DNA from: Candidatus Daviesbacteria bacterium RIFCSPLOWO2_01_FULL_39_23 | Lineage (GTDB): Bacteria > Patescibacteriota > Microgenomatia > Daviesbacterales > UBA10151 | NCBI GenBank assembly: GCA_001776935.1 | Contig: MFDN01000005.1 | Coordinates: 68,893-132,892, forward strand | Length of the DNA stretch: 64,000 nt | Reading direction: 5' to 3' | Shown here: piece after piece, positions 47,141 through 56,275 of the stretch | Layout: the number at the start of each line of letters is the position of its first letter | Numbering within the stretch: the stretch's first letter is position 1 | Program-made: the position numbers and the translations under genes | The notes under the pieces: model-generated | Told to the model about the DNA's origin: nothing | The model's database searches: none | The model's input: only the letters and a program-made list of their open reading frames with translations

Positions 47141-48850
47141 TTATTTTTTCTCTATATTAAAAAATGCAAAGCCTTTTTGGGGAATTGCTAGATACCCTGG
47201 TGCTCTAATATTAAACGCCTCCTTAAATACTCCTGCACTTATTCGAATCTCTCCTATGTTGGTTTGAAAAATTATTTCGTTTGTGGAACCGTTACCCTGA
47301 ATTACAGTTACTGAAGAAACCGCAGACGGACCGTTGGACTTTTCGCGAAGCTCTGCATGAGAATAAGGATTAGTACCTGGGTAGCATGAGGTAGTCACCG
47401 GAGTCACTCGATCATCCCTGTATCGCGTTGCGTTAATAATATCCGCCATCTCTTCAGGAGATAACCAGGCATTAGATCTTCCACATTTATTACTATTAAT
47501 ACTGTATCTCTCAGTATACCAGGCCTTATAAAGCCATGGCGAGCCGCCTAATTTATCGTAAGCCTTATCTATAAAATTACTTCCACCAGAACCATCTGTA
47601 GTATCCCAGCCAATCGGTGAAGCAAACCCTCCGTGTGTTGAAGCGTAAAAAGTAACCACATCCTCAACCACCTGACCGCGGGTAGCATTGACCGCATTTT
47701 TCCATGCTTGAGGTGGATTATCAGATTTAGACTTATTAAATACTTGGGCCGCTTCTGTAGTCTTAATCGCCTCTCCTGATTGTTTATATCTCAACGCATA
47801 TGTTCTTGCTGCAACAGCCTGGGCTTTCAACGCTTCCGAATGCCAACTGGAAGGCATCTCAGCAATTCCATATAAGTATTTTTCTTCAAAATTCATCGAG
47901 CCAAAACCTGACACGTTGATATCCCCTCCTGTATCTTTACCCACAGGCTCTTTGCCATAATATGCTTTTAAAATTGCTTTGTAATCCTGACCTGACTCTG
48001 CCCTGCCTCTGGCCCCATATTGGCTCATGCCTTTCCGATGGGTATGCGCACCAAAGGAAAACACCCCAAAATATCCAGCAGGAGCGTTGGCTTTAAAGCC
48101 TTTAATTGAAGCATTTATATCATCTGCCTCTTCACTATCTCCAATAGTCGCAGTAAATTGGCCAGATCTTGCTGCCAAAATCTCCTGTTGTTTGGCGGAA
48201 AGCTCGGCAATTTTCCCTGTCAAATCTGCCTGGTAAGCCTTGGCTTTCTTAATTTCTCCGCCTAAAAAGTCTGCATTTTTATCAACTTCTGCCTGCAAAG
48301 AAGAAAGCTTTACTTTATCTTTTTCCAGTTTTTCTTTTTGGGTTAGAAGATCTATAACTTCCCCTGTAACAGAAGCAATAATCGAGCGGTCTTCGCGGGT
48401 AACTGTCTGCCTATAAGACAGCTCGCGGAACAAATCTCCTGAAGAAATGGATGACAAAAGCACAAGCAAAGGTTCTGCTAAATAAGAGCGGATATAGTAG
48501 GCTTTAACCCGTGTCTCAAGGAGTGCCTGTTGAAGCGCCAGCTTATCCTCCCGGATATCCAAATCTTTTTGCTTTTGCTTAATACTTAAAGATAAATTAT
48601 TTAAATTTGCCTGAATTTGGGCAAGCTGCATTTTTAAGGATTCCAATTGCCCTTCCAAAGGCTTTGTGGCTTTAACAGATGATTCCCTTGCTTTGTTTAA
48701 CTCATCAATTTGTTTTTGCAGGTCTTCTATTTCGTCAGCCTGAGCAGTTGGCAGTAAGTAGCTGGCAGTAAGTATTAAGGGTAAAACAAAAAACAGCATT
48801 CCCATAATACATAATACAAATCCCTTAATACTGCTTTTACGGGCAAACAT
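47141..48850 (-). CDS. SpoIID/LytB-domain protein with N-terminal coiled coil
   Basis: 569 aa. Signal/TM segment, long coiled coil, then the SpoIID signature SEALKAQAVAARTYAL. Confidence 0.65.
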   Translation of the reverse strand: MFARKSSIKGFVLCIMGMLFFVLPLILTASYLLPTAQADEIEDLQKQIDELNKARESSVKATKPLEGQLESLKMQLAQIQANLNNLSLSIKQKQKDLDIREDKLALQQALLETRVKAYYIRSYLAEPLLVLLSSISSGDLFRELSYRQTVTREDRSIIASVTGEVIDLLTQKEKLEKDKVKLSSLQAEVDKNADFLGGEIKKAKAYQADLTGKIAELSAKQQEILAARSGQFTATIGDSEEADDINASIKGFKANAPAGYFGVFSFGAHTHRKGMSQYGARGRAESGQDYKAILKAYYGKEPVGKDTGGDINVSGFGSMNFEEKYLYGIAEMPSSWHSEALKAQAVAARTYALRYKQSGEAIKTTEAAQVFNKSKSDNPPQAWKNAVNATRGQVVEDVVTFYASTHGGFASPIGWDTTDGSGGSNFIDKAYDKLGGSPWLYKAWYTERYSINSNKCGRSNAWLSPEEMADIINATRYRDDRVTPVTTSCYPGTNPYSHAELREKSNGPSAVSSVTVIQGNGSTNEIIFQTNIGEIRISAGVFKEAFNIRAPGYLAIPQKGFAFFNIEKK

Positions 48851-48885
48851 TGTCCTAAAATTTTACCATAAACTCTAATCTCTAG

Positions 48886-48967
48886 ACCCTAAATCCCAAA
48901 ATGTGCTAAGCGCTAAGCTGAAATTTATTGTCCAAAACCATTTTATAGATGGTATAATATAAACATT
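48886..48967 (+). promoter_or_regulatory. Repeated cassette-leader element, copy 1 (CCCTAAATCCCAAAATGTGCTAAGC ... TGTCCAAAA ... TATAAT)
   Basis: Shares CCCTAAA...GTGCTAAGC, AATGTCCA and a -10-like TATAAT with copies at 49569, 50345 and 50650. Confidence 0.5.
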
Positions 48968-49240
48968 ATGAACAAAGCCCAAATCATATCTAACCCCAAA
49001 ATCTTAGGTGGAAAACCCGTGATTGCCGGCACCAGAATTTCAGTGGAACTCATACTGGATAGGATCTCTACCGGAATGAGCGAAAAAGAAATATTAATTG
49101 ATTATCCGCATTTAACAGCTAAACAGATTCAGGCAGCCGTAGCATACGCCAAACGAATAGTTATACAAAAAACTGGCACAAAATTGTCAAGTAAAGACAC
49201 TACACCCGTCACCTTATATACCCATGAAATTTCTCGCTGA
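48968..49240 (+). CDS. DUF433-family protein (antitoxin-like)
   Basis: 90 aa. NPKILGGKPVIAGTRISVELIL typical DUF433. Confidence 0.6.
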   Translation: MNKAQIISNPKILGGKPVIAGTRISVELILDRISTGMSEKEILIDYPHLTAKQIQAAVAYAKRIVIQKTGTKLSSKDTTPVTLYTHEISR

Positions 49241-49565
49241 TGAGGATTTCCCCAAACCTCTGATAATCAAAATTAGGAACTTTGGCTTTTCAATCAAAAC
49301 TATCCAGCAGAAAGATCTTCAAGGATCTTCTGATGAAAGAGTAGCAAGTATCGCTCTCAAAGAAAAACGAATACTTTTAACCTTTGATAAGGATTTCTTA
49401 AAAAACCAGTCTAAAAAATTGCAAGCGGTCATTTTCAGCTTCCCTAAAACTCCAACCGCCGAGATACTTTCTTTAATAGAAATGTTCCTGCGAAATTTGC
49501 CGGAAGAATTATTGAAAAGGAAAATATTAAGATTCAGCAAACGTGGATTTGAAATAATTACTTAG
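49224..49565 (+). CDS. DUF5615/Mut7-C PIN-like protein (toxin-like partner of DUF433)
   Basis: 113 aa. MKFLADEDFP...ILLTFDKDF. Confidence 0.55.
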   Translation: MKFLADEDFPKPLIIKIRNFGFSIKTIQQKDLQGSSDERVASIALKEKRILLTFDKDFLKNQSKKLQAVIFSFPKTPTAEILSLIEMFLRNLPEELLKRKILRFSKRGFEIIT

Positions 49566-49568
49566 TAT

Positions 49569-49662
49569 GACCCTAAATCCCAAAATGTGCTAAGCCACAA
49601 CCAGTTTCATAGTTGTGATAAACTAACTTTAATGTCCAAAAAGATGATATAATACAATCAAT
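49569..49662 (+). promoter_or_regulatory. Repeated cassette-leader element, copy 2
   Basis: CCCTAAATCCCAAAATGTGCTAAGCC...TTAATGTCCAAAAAGATGATATAATAC. Confidence 0.5.
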
Positions 49663-49923
49663 ATGAAAAATATTATTACCAGGAATCCAAAAATTTTAGG
49701 CGGGAAACCCATTATTGCCGGCACCCGGATGTCTGTAGAAGTTATTCTGGAATCTTTAGCCGGAGGCATGAGCATAGAAGAAATGCTAAAAGAATATCCT
49801 TTCTTAAAGAAAGAACATATCCAAGCAGCCATAGATTATGCCGCTAAAATTGTTGGTAAAGAAGAAAGCTACTTGTTTGAAAAAGCTTCTGCTATTACCC
49901 ATGAGATTCATCGCCGACGTTAA
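49663..49923 (+). CDS. DUF433-family protein (second copy)
   Basis: 86 aa. NPKILGGKPIIAGTRMSVEVIL. Confidence 0.6.
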   Translation: MKNIITRNPKILGGKPIIAGTRMSVEVILESLAGGMSIEEMLKEYPFLKKEHIQAAIDYAAKIVGKEESYLFEKASAITHEIHRRR

Positions 49924-50260
49924 TATTCCTCAATTACTTATCACGCGGTTAATCGATTTAGATCATAATGTCCTTGACATTAAAAAACATAATCTGGAAA
50001 TCAGCGATATAGAAATTATTAAGATTGCAAAGAAGGAATCAAGAGTAATACTTACCCGGGATAAAGACTATATAATTTTGGTTCAATTCCCTAGGTATCA
50101 AGTTCCTATTATCGCCATCAGGTTGATCAATCAAACTGATACCCAATATATTACCAGCAAAGTTTTGGAATTTATTAAAAATAATAAAGAATCAATTATC
50201 TTAAATTCTTTAACTGTTATCAGAGAGAATGCTGCTACTTCCTATCAGTACCCACTGTGA
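49901..50260 (+). CDS. DUF5615/Mut7-C PIN-like protein (second copy)
   Basis: Start at MRFIADVN overlapping the DUF433 stop; ...ILTRDKDY. Confidence 0.5.
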   Translation: MRFIADVNIPQLLITRLIDLDHNVLDIKKHNLEISDIEIIKIAKKESRVILTRDKDYIILVQFPRYQVPIIAIRLINQTDTQYITSKVLEFIKNNKESIILNSLTVIRENAATSYQYPL

Positions 50261-50344
50261 TTTTCCTGTCTCAAAAATATATACGATCGTATTAAGTTTT
50301 GTCTATTTTACTAATCATTAAAATTCTAACCACCATTCCCTAGT

Positions 50345-50440
50345 CACTAGGCCCTAAACCCTATCTTGTACTAAGCCACAATCAATTCACGTAGTTGTGG
50401 TAAACTAAAATCAATGTCCAAAATACCTTCTATAGCAATA
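50345..50440 (+). promoter_or_regulatory. Repeated cassette-leader element, copy 3, followed by a truncated 5' remnant of a pilin-like gene
   Basis: CCCTAAACCCTATCTTGTACTAAGCCACAA...TCAATGTCCAAAA. After it, MSKIPSIAIFFV* mirrors the signal peptide of the 50693 gene. Confidence 0.45.
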
Positions 50441-50516
50441 TTTTTTGTATAGTTATTTTTTTCTCCGGTTTCAACCATACCGCCTACGCAATAGACCCAA
50501 AAGATGATTATATTCA

Positions 50517-50690
50517 GACCACCTCTTTAGGAGGAAGGGCTGATTATTTGGTGACAGGAGACGAAGATTTGCTTGCGCTTAGTGCCAAACCTGATTTGGG
50601 AGAACTGAAGATTGTTACGACCAAACAGTTCCTGGCTAAAATTTTACCACAAACTCTGGACCCCAAACTTCTCTTGTGCTAAGCTAAAAT
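50517..50690 (+). pseudogene. 3' remnant of a PIN-domain gene
   Basis: Encodes ...GRADYLVTGDEDLLALSAKPDLGELKIVTTKQFLAKIL*, resembling a PIN-domain C-terminus, with no N-terminal part; overlaps leader element copy 4 (50650-50700). Confidence 0.35.
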
Positions 50691-50692
50691 TA

Positions 50693-52204
50693 ATGTCCAG
50701 GATATTCACTATACCAATAATTTTCCTTTCTGTTGTTATATTTTTCTTCGGTTTTAACCGCATCACCTACGCTATAGATCCAAGAGATCCAAACCTTGAA
50801 ATCATACCCCCATCTCCTGCGGTTACAGACTCACAAGTAACCATCACTGTACAAACCAAAGACGGCAGTAGTTCTTTTAATGAAAAAAAATATTCTTTCG
50901 CTGCATGGAAAGGCGATCTCAGTCTGGTAAACTTTGGTATTTATAAGAGACTCGTAGATTATAATTGTGTTTATATAAACTTTAATGAGAACATCTCTAA
51001 TAGAAAAAACGCAGATCTTAGAATTACTCTGGATAAATCAAAAGCTATTGCTATCTGGCCAGTAGATAACAAGTGCGTAAAAATGGGTGACGTCTGGCAT
51101 TTTCGCTTATGGGCATCTCCAAGCATTGATCCTATGGGTAGCGACTGGGATACCATGATTGAAAATAATTTTCTGGTAGAAGACTACAAGTTTCAGTTTG
51201 TTCAACCAAACGGCAAGATTGCTGCAATCAAAGCAGGAGGAAATACCCAAGATTCTAATGTTTACTCTGGGGAAAATGCAACAGTTGTGCTTTCTAATGC
51301 AGCCGATGGTGCCTCCTACACGTTTTGGTGGCATGGCGCATATGGTATTGCTGAAATATATCATAGCAAAGGATCAGGAAACTTTGAAATCGAAATTAAG
51401 GACCGCTTGAATGGCAAGCAAAGATTGTGTATGGAATTTGGTGATGCTGGATTGCAACCGCCAAAAGGTCATCCTTGCAATCAGCCTGGAAAATTTGTTG
51501 ATTTTGAGTTCCATGGCATTAAAAGACCTCCGACAGCTACTTTGCCTCCTGGAATTCAAACTAAATGTTTTTTATATGCTGCCCACCTGCCAACACTTAA
51601 GGAAAGGGATTCCCTAGCAGTCGGTTACATGAATTTACCTCCACGTCAGGAATTCAAGGCAACACTTGTTAATAAAGATGGCACCGAAGTAAATTCCGCA
51701 AAAGCCGTATCCGACCAAAAAGGAAGTCTACTCATCTCTGTAATAACAGAAATTGGTATTGGTGAAGATTATAAGGTCACCATCACTGATTCTAGCAATA
51801 AAGAGGTTTGCTCAGAAATCTTTTCAGCAACAACAGACGGCACAAGTCCTAAATTCGCTAAATGCGACGATTCTTCTTGCACCCGCTTACCGGATAATAT
51901 GGAATGTAAAGACGGTAGCGGAATCGGTATTAATACTGCCATTGGCTGTATTCATACCAATCCGGCAGCGTTGGTAAAAGATCTTTTAAGGTTTATCCTT
52001 GGAATAGGAGGAGGAATTGCATTTTTAATGATGCTTTTGGGGGTTTTCCAGATGCTGACTTCTGCCGGAAATCCCGAGACTTTAAATGCCGGAAAGGAAA
52101 GATTAACCAGTGCGGTGATTGGACTGCTGTTTGTTATCTTCTCCATCTTGCTGTTACAAATTATAGGGTGGGGTATCTTGAAAATACCGGGATTAGGATC
52201 TTAA
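50693..52204 (+). CDS. Large secreted protein with a C-terminal TrbC/VirB2-like pilin module
   Basis: Probable start at MSRIFTIP inside ORF 50612-52204; signal peptide ...NRITYA/IDP. C-terminus FILGIGGGIAFLMMLLGVFQMLTSAGNPETLNAGKERLTSAVIGLLFVIF matches the pilin-like paralog motif. Confidence 0.5.
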   Translation: MSRIFTIPIIFLSVVIFFFGFNRITYAIDPRDPNLEIIPPSPAVTDSQVTITVQTKDGSSSFNEKKYSFAAWKGDLSLVNFGIYKRLVDYNCVYINFNENISNRKNADLRITLDKSKAIAIWPVDNKCVKMGDVWHFRLWASPSIDPMGSDWDTMIENNFLVEDYKFQFVQPNGKIAAIKAGGNTQDSNVYSGENATVVLSNAADGASYTFWWHGAYGIAEIYHSKGSGNFEIEIKDRLNGKQRLCMEFGDAGLQPPKGHPCNQPGKFVDFEFHGIKRPPTATLPPGIQTKCFLYAAHLPTLKERDSLAVGYMNLPPRQEFKATLVNKDGTEVNSAKAVSDQKGSLLISVITEIGIGEDYKVTITDSSNKEVCSEIFSATTDGTSPKFAKCDDSSCTRLPDNMECKDGSGIGINTAIGCIHTNPAALVKDLLRFILGIGGGIAFLMMLLGVFQMLTSAGNPETLNAGKERLTSAVIGLLFVIFSILLLQIIGWGILKIPGLGS

Positions 52205-52224
52205 TGTAAAGATCAAAAATCAAA

Positions 52225-52596
52225 ATGCAAAATGACAGTGTAAAATTCAAAATTGAGTTCAAGAAAAGACTGTACAGTTTTGCATTAAAACTCATAACAT
52301 TTATCGATCAGCTACCAAATGATAATGTTTCTAAAAGAATCGGAGACCAACTTTTAAGAAGCGGCACGAGTATCATAGGAAATTATATCGAAGCCACAGC
52401 CTCCAGCTCAAAAAAAGACTTCACTAATTTTTTTAATCATTCGTTAAAATCAGCTAACGAAAGCAAACTATGGGTATCCCTTTTAAAAGACACAGGCAGG
52501 GCTGTAAAAGAAAAAACCGAATGGTTTATTGTTGAACTGGATGAAATATCAAAAATTTTTGCCTCTTCAATATTAACTCTAAAAGGTAGAAAATAA
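52225..52596 (+). CDS. Four-helix-bundle protein (23S rRNA intervening-sequence protein family)
   Basis: 123 aa. IGDQLLRSGTSIIGNYIEA...KKDFTNFFNHSLKSANESKLW matches the family signature. Confidence 0.55.
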   Translation: MQNDSVKFKIEFKKRLYSFALKLITFIDQLPNDNVSKRIGDQLLRSGTSIIGNYIEATASSSKKDFTNFFNHSLKSANESKLWVSLLKDTGRAVKEKTEWFIVELDEISKIFASSILTLKGRK

Positions 52597-52662
52597 TGTT
52601 ATTAACATTTTAGATTTTGATATGTCATTTTGATATTTACATTTTAATTTTTAAATTTACTT

Positions 52663-52986
52663 ATGAAGATTGCTCAAGTACTACCTGACCTTCAAAAAAT
52701 ATATGATGCCAAGCCGGCAAAAGATATTAACAGCTTAGGCGATCTTATTTCCGTCTTTCTAAACATTGTTTTTTATGCAGCCGGATTTTTAGCTTTCTAC
52801 TATCTGGTTTGGGGAGCGCTCTCCTATATTATGGCTCAGGGAAATAAAGAAAGTCTGGCCAAAGCCAGAGCCAGGATTACCTGGGCAATTATCGGACTGA
52901 TGGTAGTATTTTTGGCATTTTTCATAGCTAGATTCGCAGGGGAAATATTCCCGCCCAGTCCGGACAGAGGAGGGTTGCCATTTTGA
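52663..52986 (+). CDS. TrbC/VirB2-like pilin-family protein (paralog 1)
   Basis: 107 aa. Hydrophobic helix, then AQGNKESLAKARARITWAIIGL, then a second hydrophobic helix. Confidence 0.55.
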   Translation: MKIAQVLPDLQKIYDAKPAKDINSLGDLISVFLNIVFYAAGFLAFYYLVWGALSYIMAQGNKESLAKARARITWAIIGLMVVFLAFFIARFAGEIFPPSPDRGGLPF

Positions 52987-53426
52987 GAGAAATATCAAAT
53001 ATCAAATATCAAATATCAAAATGTTTAAAACATTTTAGATTTTACATTGTCATTTTGATATTTACATTTTACATTTTAATTTTACCTCCCACCCCTGTTT
53101 ATGCTGCCAACCCCTGCACTCCCGACCCAAAAGGAGGATTTAATATAGGCAGCTGCTTTGGCTTTGGGGATATCACTTCTTTGGGTCAGGCTACCAGCAG
53201 ACTGGTTATACCTGTATTTTCCATAGCCGCGGCAGCAGTAGTAATATATTTTTTACTGGGGGCTTTTAAATATTTGAGTTCAGGGGGAAATAAAGAAGCC
53301 GTAGCAGGAGCCCGAGGAATGATTACTCATGCCATTATTGGATTTTTAATATTAATGTTTGCCTTTTTGATATTACAATTCTTAATATCAAGCTTATTCG
53401 GGATTACCAATTTTCAACTATTTTAA
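52983..53426 (+). CDS. TrbC/VirB2-like pilin-family protein (paralog 2)
   Basis: 147 aa. ...LSSGGNKEAVAGARGMITHAIIGFL... The 5' end contains the (ATATCAA)x4 tandem repeat. Confidence 0.5.
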   Translation: MREISNIKYQISKCLKHFRFYIVILIFTFYILILPPTPVYAANPCTPDPKGGFNIGSCFGFGDITSLGQATSRLVIPVFSIAAAAVVIYFLLGAFKYLSSGGNKEAVAGARGMITHAIIGFLILMFAFLILQFLISSLFGITNFQLF

Positions 53427-53435
53427 AGTTAGAAA

Positions 53436-54074
53436 TTAAAAATGCGGACCGGGAATATGAGTCCCTATATTTTTTACCCAGGGAATTTTATACCTGAAAG
53501 CATAAATACTTGCTATTAAACCAATCAAACCACTACCAATAATAATCTGTCCTAAAGGCAACTCGCTATTATCCCTATTTTCTAACTTCTCAGAAATAAA
53601 AGTGGCTGTTGGAGAAGGAACCGGTGTATAAGTCGGGAATAATCCAGCCCGTTGCCTAATTCTAATCTGTTCTTCTGTAAACGTAGGAGTTACAGTAGAA
53701 GTTACTGTAGGCGTTCCTGTTTCTGTAGGGGTTGGAGTTAGTGTCGGTATACTGGTTTTTGTAGGTGTTCCCTTTATAGCACTTATTTCATCGGCTATAG
53801 CAGTGTGAGTTGCCTCACGAAAGGCTAAATCCCTTTCTTTGGATAAAGCAGTTGTGGTTTTATCTGCAATAGCGATTTTAATATCCTGAACATCCGGTGT
53901 TGGTGTTACAGTAGCGGTCGGAGTCCTTGTTGCGGTAACAGTTGAAGAAGGCTTAGGTCCGTCAGCATAAACGTTTTGTGCGGTGTTATCTATCGCAACA
54001 TTTATCGCTGCGCCCAATACTAACGCGCCTATGGTTCGTCTTCCTATTTCTACAATTCCGGGTTGTTTTTCCAT
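53436..54074 (-). CDS. Hypothetical Thr/Pro-rich membrane-anchored protein
   Basis: 212 aa. TPT repeats (TPTATVTPTP, TPTPTETGTPTVTSTVTPT) and a C-terminal TM segment. Confidence 0.35.
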   Translation of the reverse strand: MEKQPGIVEIGRRTIGALVLGAAINVAIDNTAQNVYADGPKPSSTVTATRTPTATVTPTPDVQDIKIAIADKTTTALSKERDLAFREATHTAIADEISAIKGTPTKTSIPTLTPTPTETGTPTVTSTVTPTFTEEQIRIRQRAGLFPTYTPVPSPTATFISEKLENRDNSELPLGQIIIGSGLIGLIASIYAFRYKIPWVKNIGTHIPGPHF

Positions 54075-54184
54075 AATTAAAGCAATATTTTAGCACAATA
54101 AGACCATTTTGTCAAAATTATAGGATATAATAACTGCCATCTTTCTAATTTCTCTTTTTAAGTGATAATATTAGTCTAGAAGTC

Positions 54185-54823
54185 ATGAACTTATTTACTT
54201 TTGCTAGAAAAATAACCCTGTTGATACTATTTTTTTATCTCATTTCTTTTATTATGCCTGCCTCCTCTTTAGCGATCGAACCAGGACTTCCTTGTGACCC
54301 CCAGGCTGCCAAAAATGAGTGTGAAAAAGATCAAGATGGTTTCAGTTATTCCTGCCAGCGGGTTAAAACCCAATTCCTTTGTGAACGCGATATATTTGGC
54401 ACTGTTGATCCTCCTCCGGTTTTAAATCCTTTTTTAAAAAAAGATTCCACAGGTTCTGGGGCTATTAGTGATTTTTTATCCAGATTAATAGTTTTAATTT
54501 ATTCCATAGCAGGTATAGTTTTACTTTTTATGATCCTTTGGGGAGCTTTGGAATGGATGTTATCCGGAGGAGATAAGGAAAAAATTGCCTCTGCAAGAGG
54601 CAGGATTTTTAATGCCATTATCGGCATCATCCTGTTTGCAATAGCTTTTGCTATAATAAGAGTCATTGGGCAATTTACCGGGTTTACGTTTTTTAAAGGA
54701 CAAAATGATGTCGTTATTGTAAGCACTGGCTATGACTCCACCAGTCAAAGTTCTTATGTTTTATGTTCAAACGGACGAAAGCTCTTCACCCCTAGAAAAG
54801 ACAACGCTGTCTGCACTGAATAG
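54185..54823 (+). CDS. TrbC/VirB2-like pilin-family protein (paralog 3) with Cys-containing N-terminal domain
   Basis: 212 aa. ...LSGGDKEKIASARGRIFNAIIGIILF... Confidence 0.5.
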   Translation: MNLFTFARKITLLILFFYLISFIMPASSLAIEPGLPCDPQAAKNECEKDQDGFSYSCQRVKTQFLCERDIFGTVDPPPVLNPFLKKDSTGSGAISDFLSRLIVLIYSIAGIVLLFMILWGALEWMLSGGDKEKIASARGRIFNAIIGIILFAIAFAIIRVIGQFTGFTFFKGQNDVVIVSTGYDSTSQSSYVLCSNGRKLFTPRKDNAVCTE

Positions 54824-54866
54824 CACTTGACAAGTGCTTTGAAATATAGATATAGTTAAGCTACTA

Positions 54867-55238
54867 ATGAAAAAATTAGCATTTTTAGGATCTTCAGTTT
54901 TATCTTTTTTATCACCGGCTTTAACATTAGCCGCTGATCCAATACAAATCCAAAAACCTGCGGGAGTTGGTTTTTCAACTATTGGAAATTTTATCAGCAA
55001 TATATTAACGGTTGTTTTCAGTATAGCTATTTTAGCAGTACTGGTAATGCTGATCTGGGGGGCTTTTGAATGGATCACTTCAGGCGGAGATAAAGAAGCT
55101 GTTGGTAAAGCAAGAGGGAAAATTATTAATGCCTTAATAGGTTTGGCTGTTTTGGCAGTAGCTTTTGCTTTAGCCAGATTAGGCGGACAATTCGTAGGAG
55201 TAGATATTACTAACCTGCCTATCCCCGATCCCCTGTAA
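54867..55238 (+). CDS. TrbC/VirB2-like pilin-family protein (paralog 4)
   Basis: 123 aa. Signal peptide ...ALTLA/ADP; ...ITSGGDKEAVGKARGKIINALIGLAVLAVAFA. Confidence 0.6.
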   Translation: MKKLAFLGSSVLSFLSPALTLAADPIQIQKPAGVGFSTIGNFISNILTVVFSIAILAVLVMLIWGAFEWITSGGDKEAVGKARGKIINALIGLAVLAVAFALARLGGQFVGVDITNLPIPDPL

Positions 55239-55288
55239 TCTTTAAAACCTTAGTTGTGATTCAAAAAAATTAATGATAAGTTAGAATA

Positions 55289-55756
55289 ATGACAGGTTAT
55301 ATGTTACAGGTTACAGGAATAAAAATACTAGCTTTATTTTTTGCTATCCTTGTCTTTCTTTACCCTTTACCCTTTACCCTTTACCCTGCCTTTGCTGCTA
55401 CTGCCCCTTGCGATGATGCAAATTCCATCAGAGCAGGTTACGGGCCTTGCCCTGCAGGACTTTCAGAAATCGAACAAGTAGTGGCTAACGTAATTTCCGT
55501 AATAGTAGGATTGGGGTTTATTACCATGCTGGTAATGCTTATTTTTGCAGGGATTAAATACTTAACCTCAGGAGGAGAACCTAAAGCCTTGCAAGCTGCT
55601 CATATGACTGTTACCTGGGCCCTTTTGGGAATCTTCTTTCTGGCTTTGGCCTGGCTGGCATTACAACTTATTGCAAACTTAACAGGAATAGACGTTACTG
55701 TATTTAATATAAAAGCCTTGTGCGGCGGAACAGGATTGCCGTTTTGCCAACCTTAA
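55289..55756 (+). CDS. TrbC/VirB2-like pilin-family protein (paralog 5)
   Basis: 155 aa. ...LTSGGEPKALQAAHMTVTWALLGIFFLALAW. Contains the (CTTTACC)x4 tandem repeat encoding YPLPFTLYP. Confidence 0.5.
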   Translation: MTGYMLQVTGIKILALFFAILVFLYPLPFTLYPAFAATAPCDDANSIRAGYGPCPAGLSEIEQVVANVISVIVGLGFITMLVMLIFAGIKYLTSGGEPKALQAAHMTVTWALLGIFFLALAWLALQLIANLTGIDVTVFNIKALCGGTGLPFCQP

Positions 55757-55987
55757 TCAATTTTTTAAGGCTTTACTGAATTCTTCTATAGACATATTTA
55801 GGTCGTCAATTATGGCTTTTAATGTTCCGCGCCTTATTTCTTGAGTTGGATGATAAGGGATAGTGGTTCTTCTGCCGTCGGCATGCTTAAGTTGAACATG
55901 ACTGCCTACCTGATGATATTTCAAAAATCCCAATTTGTTGAGCGTTTTTAGAAGTTGTCTGGCTTTAACAACAGGTAACTTAGGCAT
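55757..55987 (-). CDS. hicA: HicA-like mRNA interferase toxin
   Basis: 76 aa. ...LKYHQVGSHVQLKHADGRRTTIPYHP... HicA/YcfA pattern. Confidence 0.65.
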   Translation of the reverse strand: MPKLPVVKARQLLKTLNKLGFLKYHQVGSHVQLKHADGRRTTIPYHPTQEIRRGTLKAIIDDLNMSIEEFSKALKN

Positions 55988-56216
55988 TAAAAGTAATTGT
56001 TTGGATTACCTCCAGGGAATTTTTCTCCTGCGGAGGCGTGACACCATCTTTGTGCAACCCTTCCAGATGGCAACGGATAGCTTCTTCTAAATTATCTTTA
56101 GTTTCTTCGATAGTATCACCCACAGTATGAACGCCCTTTAAAATAGGCACAAATCCATGGTAACCCTTTTCATCAGGTTCAATAATGGTTCTATAAGTAT
56201 ATGTTTTCATATTCAA
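55980..56216 (-). CDS. hicB: HicB-like antitoxin
   Basis: 78 aa. YRTIIEPDEKGYHGFVPILKGVHTVGDTIEE... HicB/UPF0150 pattern; overlaps hicA. Confidence 0.65.
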   Translation of the reverse strand: MNMKTYTYRTIIEPDEKGYHGFVPILKGVHTVGDTIEETKDNLEEAIRCHLEGLHKDGVTPPQEKNSLEVIQTITFNA

Positions 56217-56275
56217 ATTATACTTGATACAGACAAGACTTGCAAAAGGGACTTAGTTTAAGTTAGTGTTAAAAT

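Noticed and set aside
50612-50692. Upstream 27 codons of ORF 50612-52204
   Set aside because: This portion overlaps the PIN remnant and leader element copy 4. The biologically sensible start is MSRIFTIP at 50693, which gives a canonical signal peptide.
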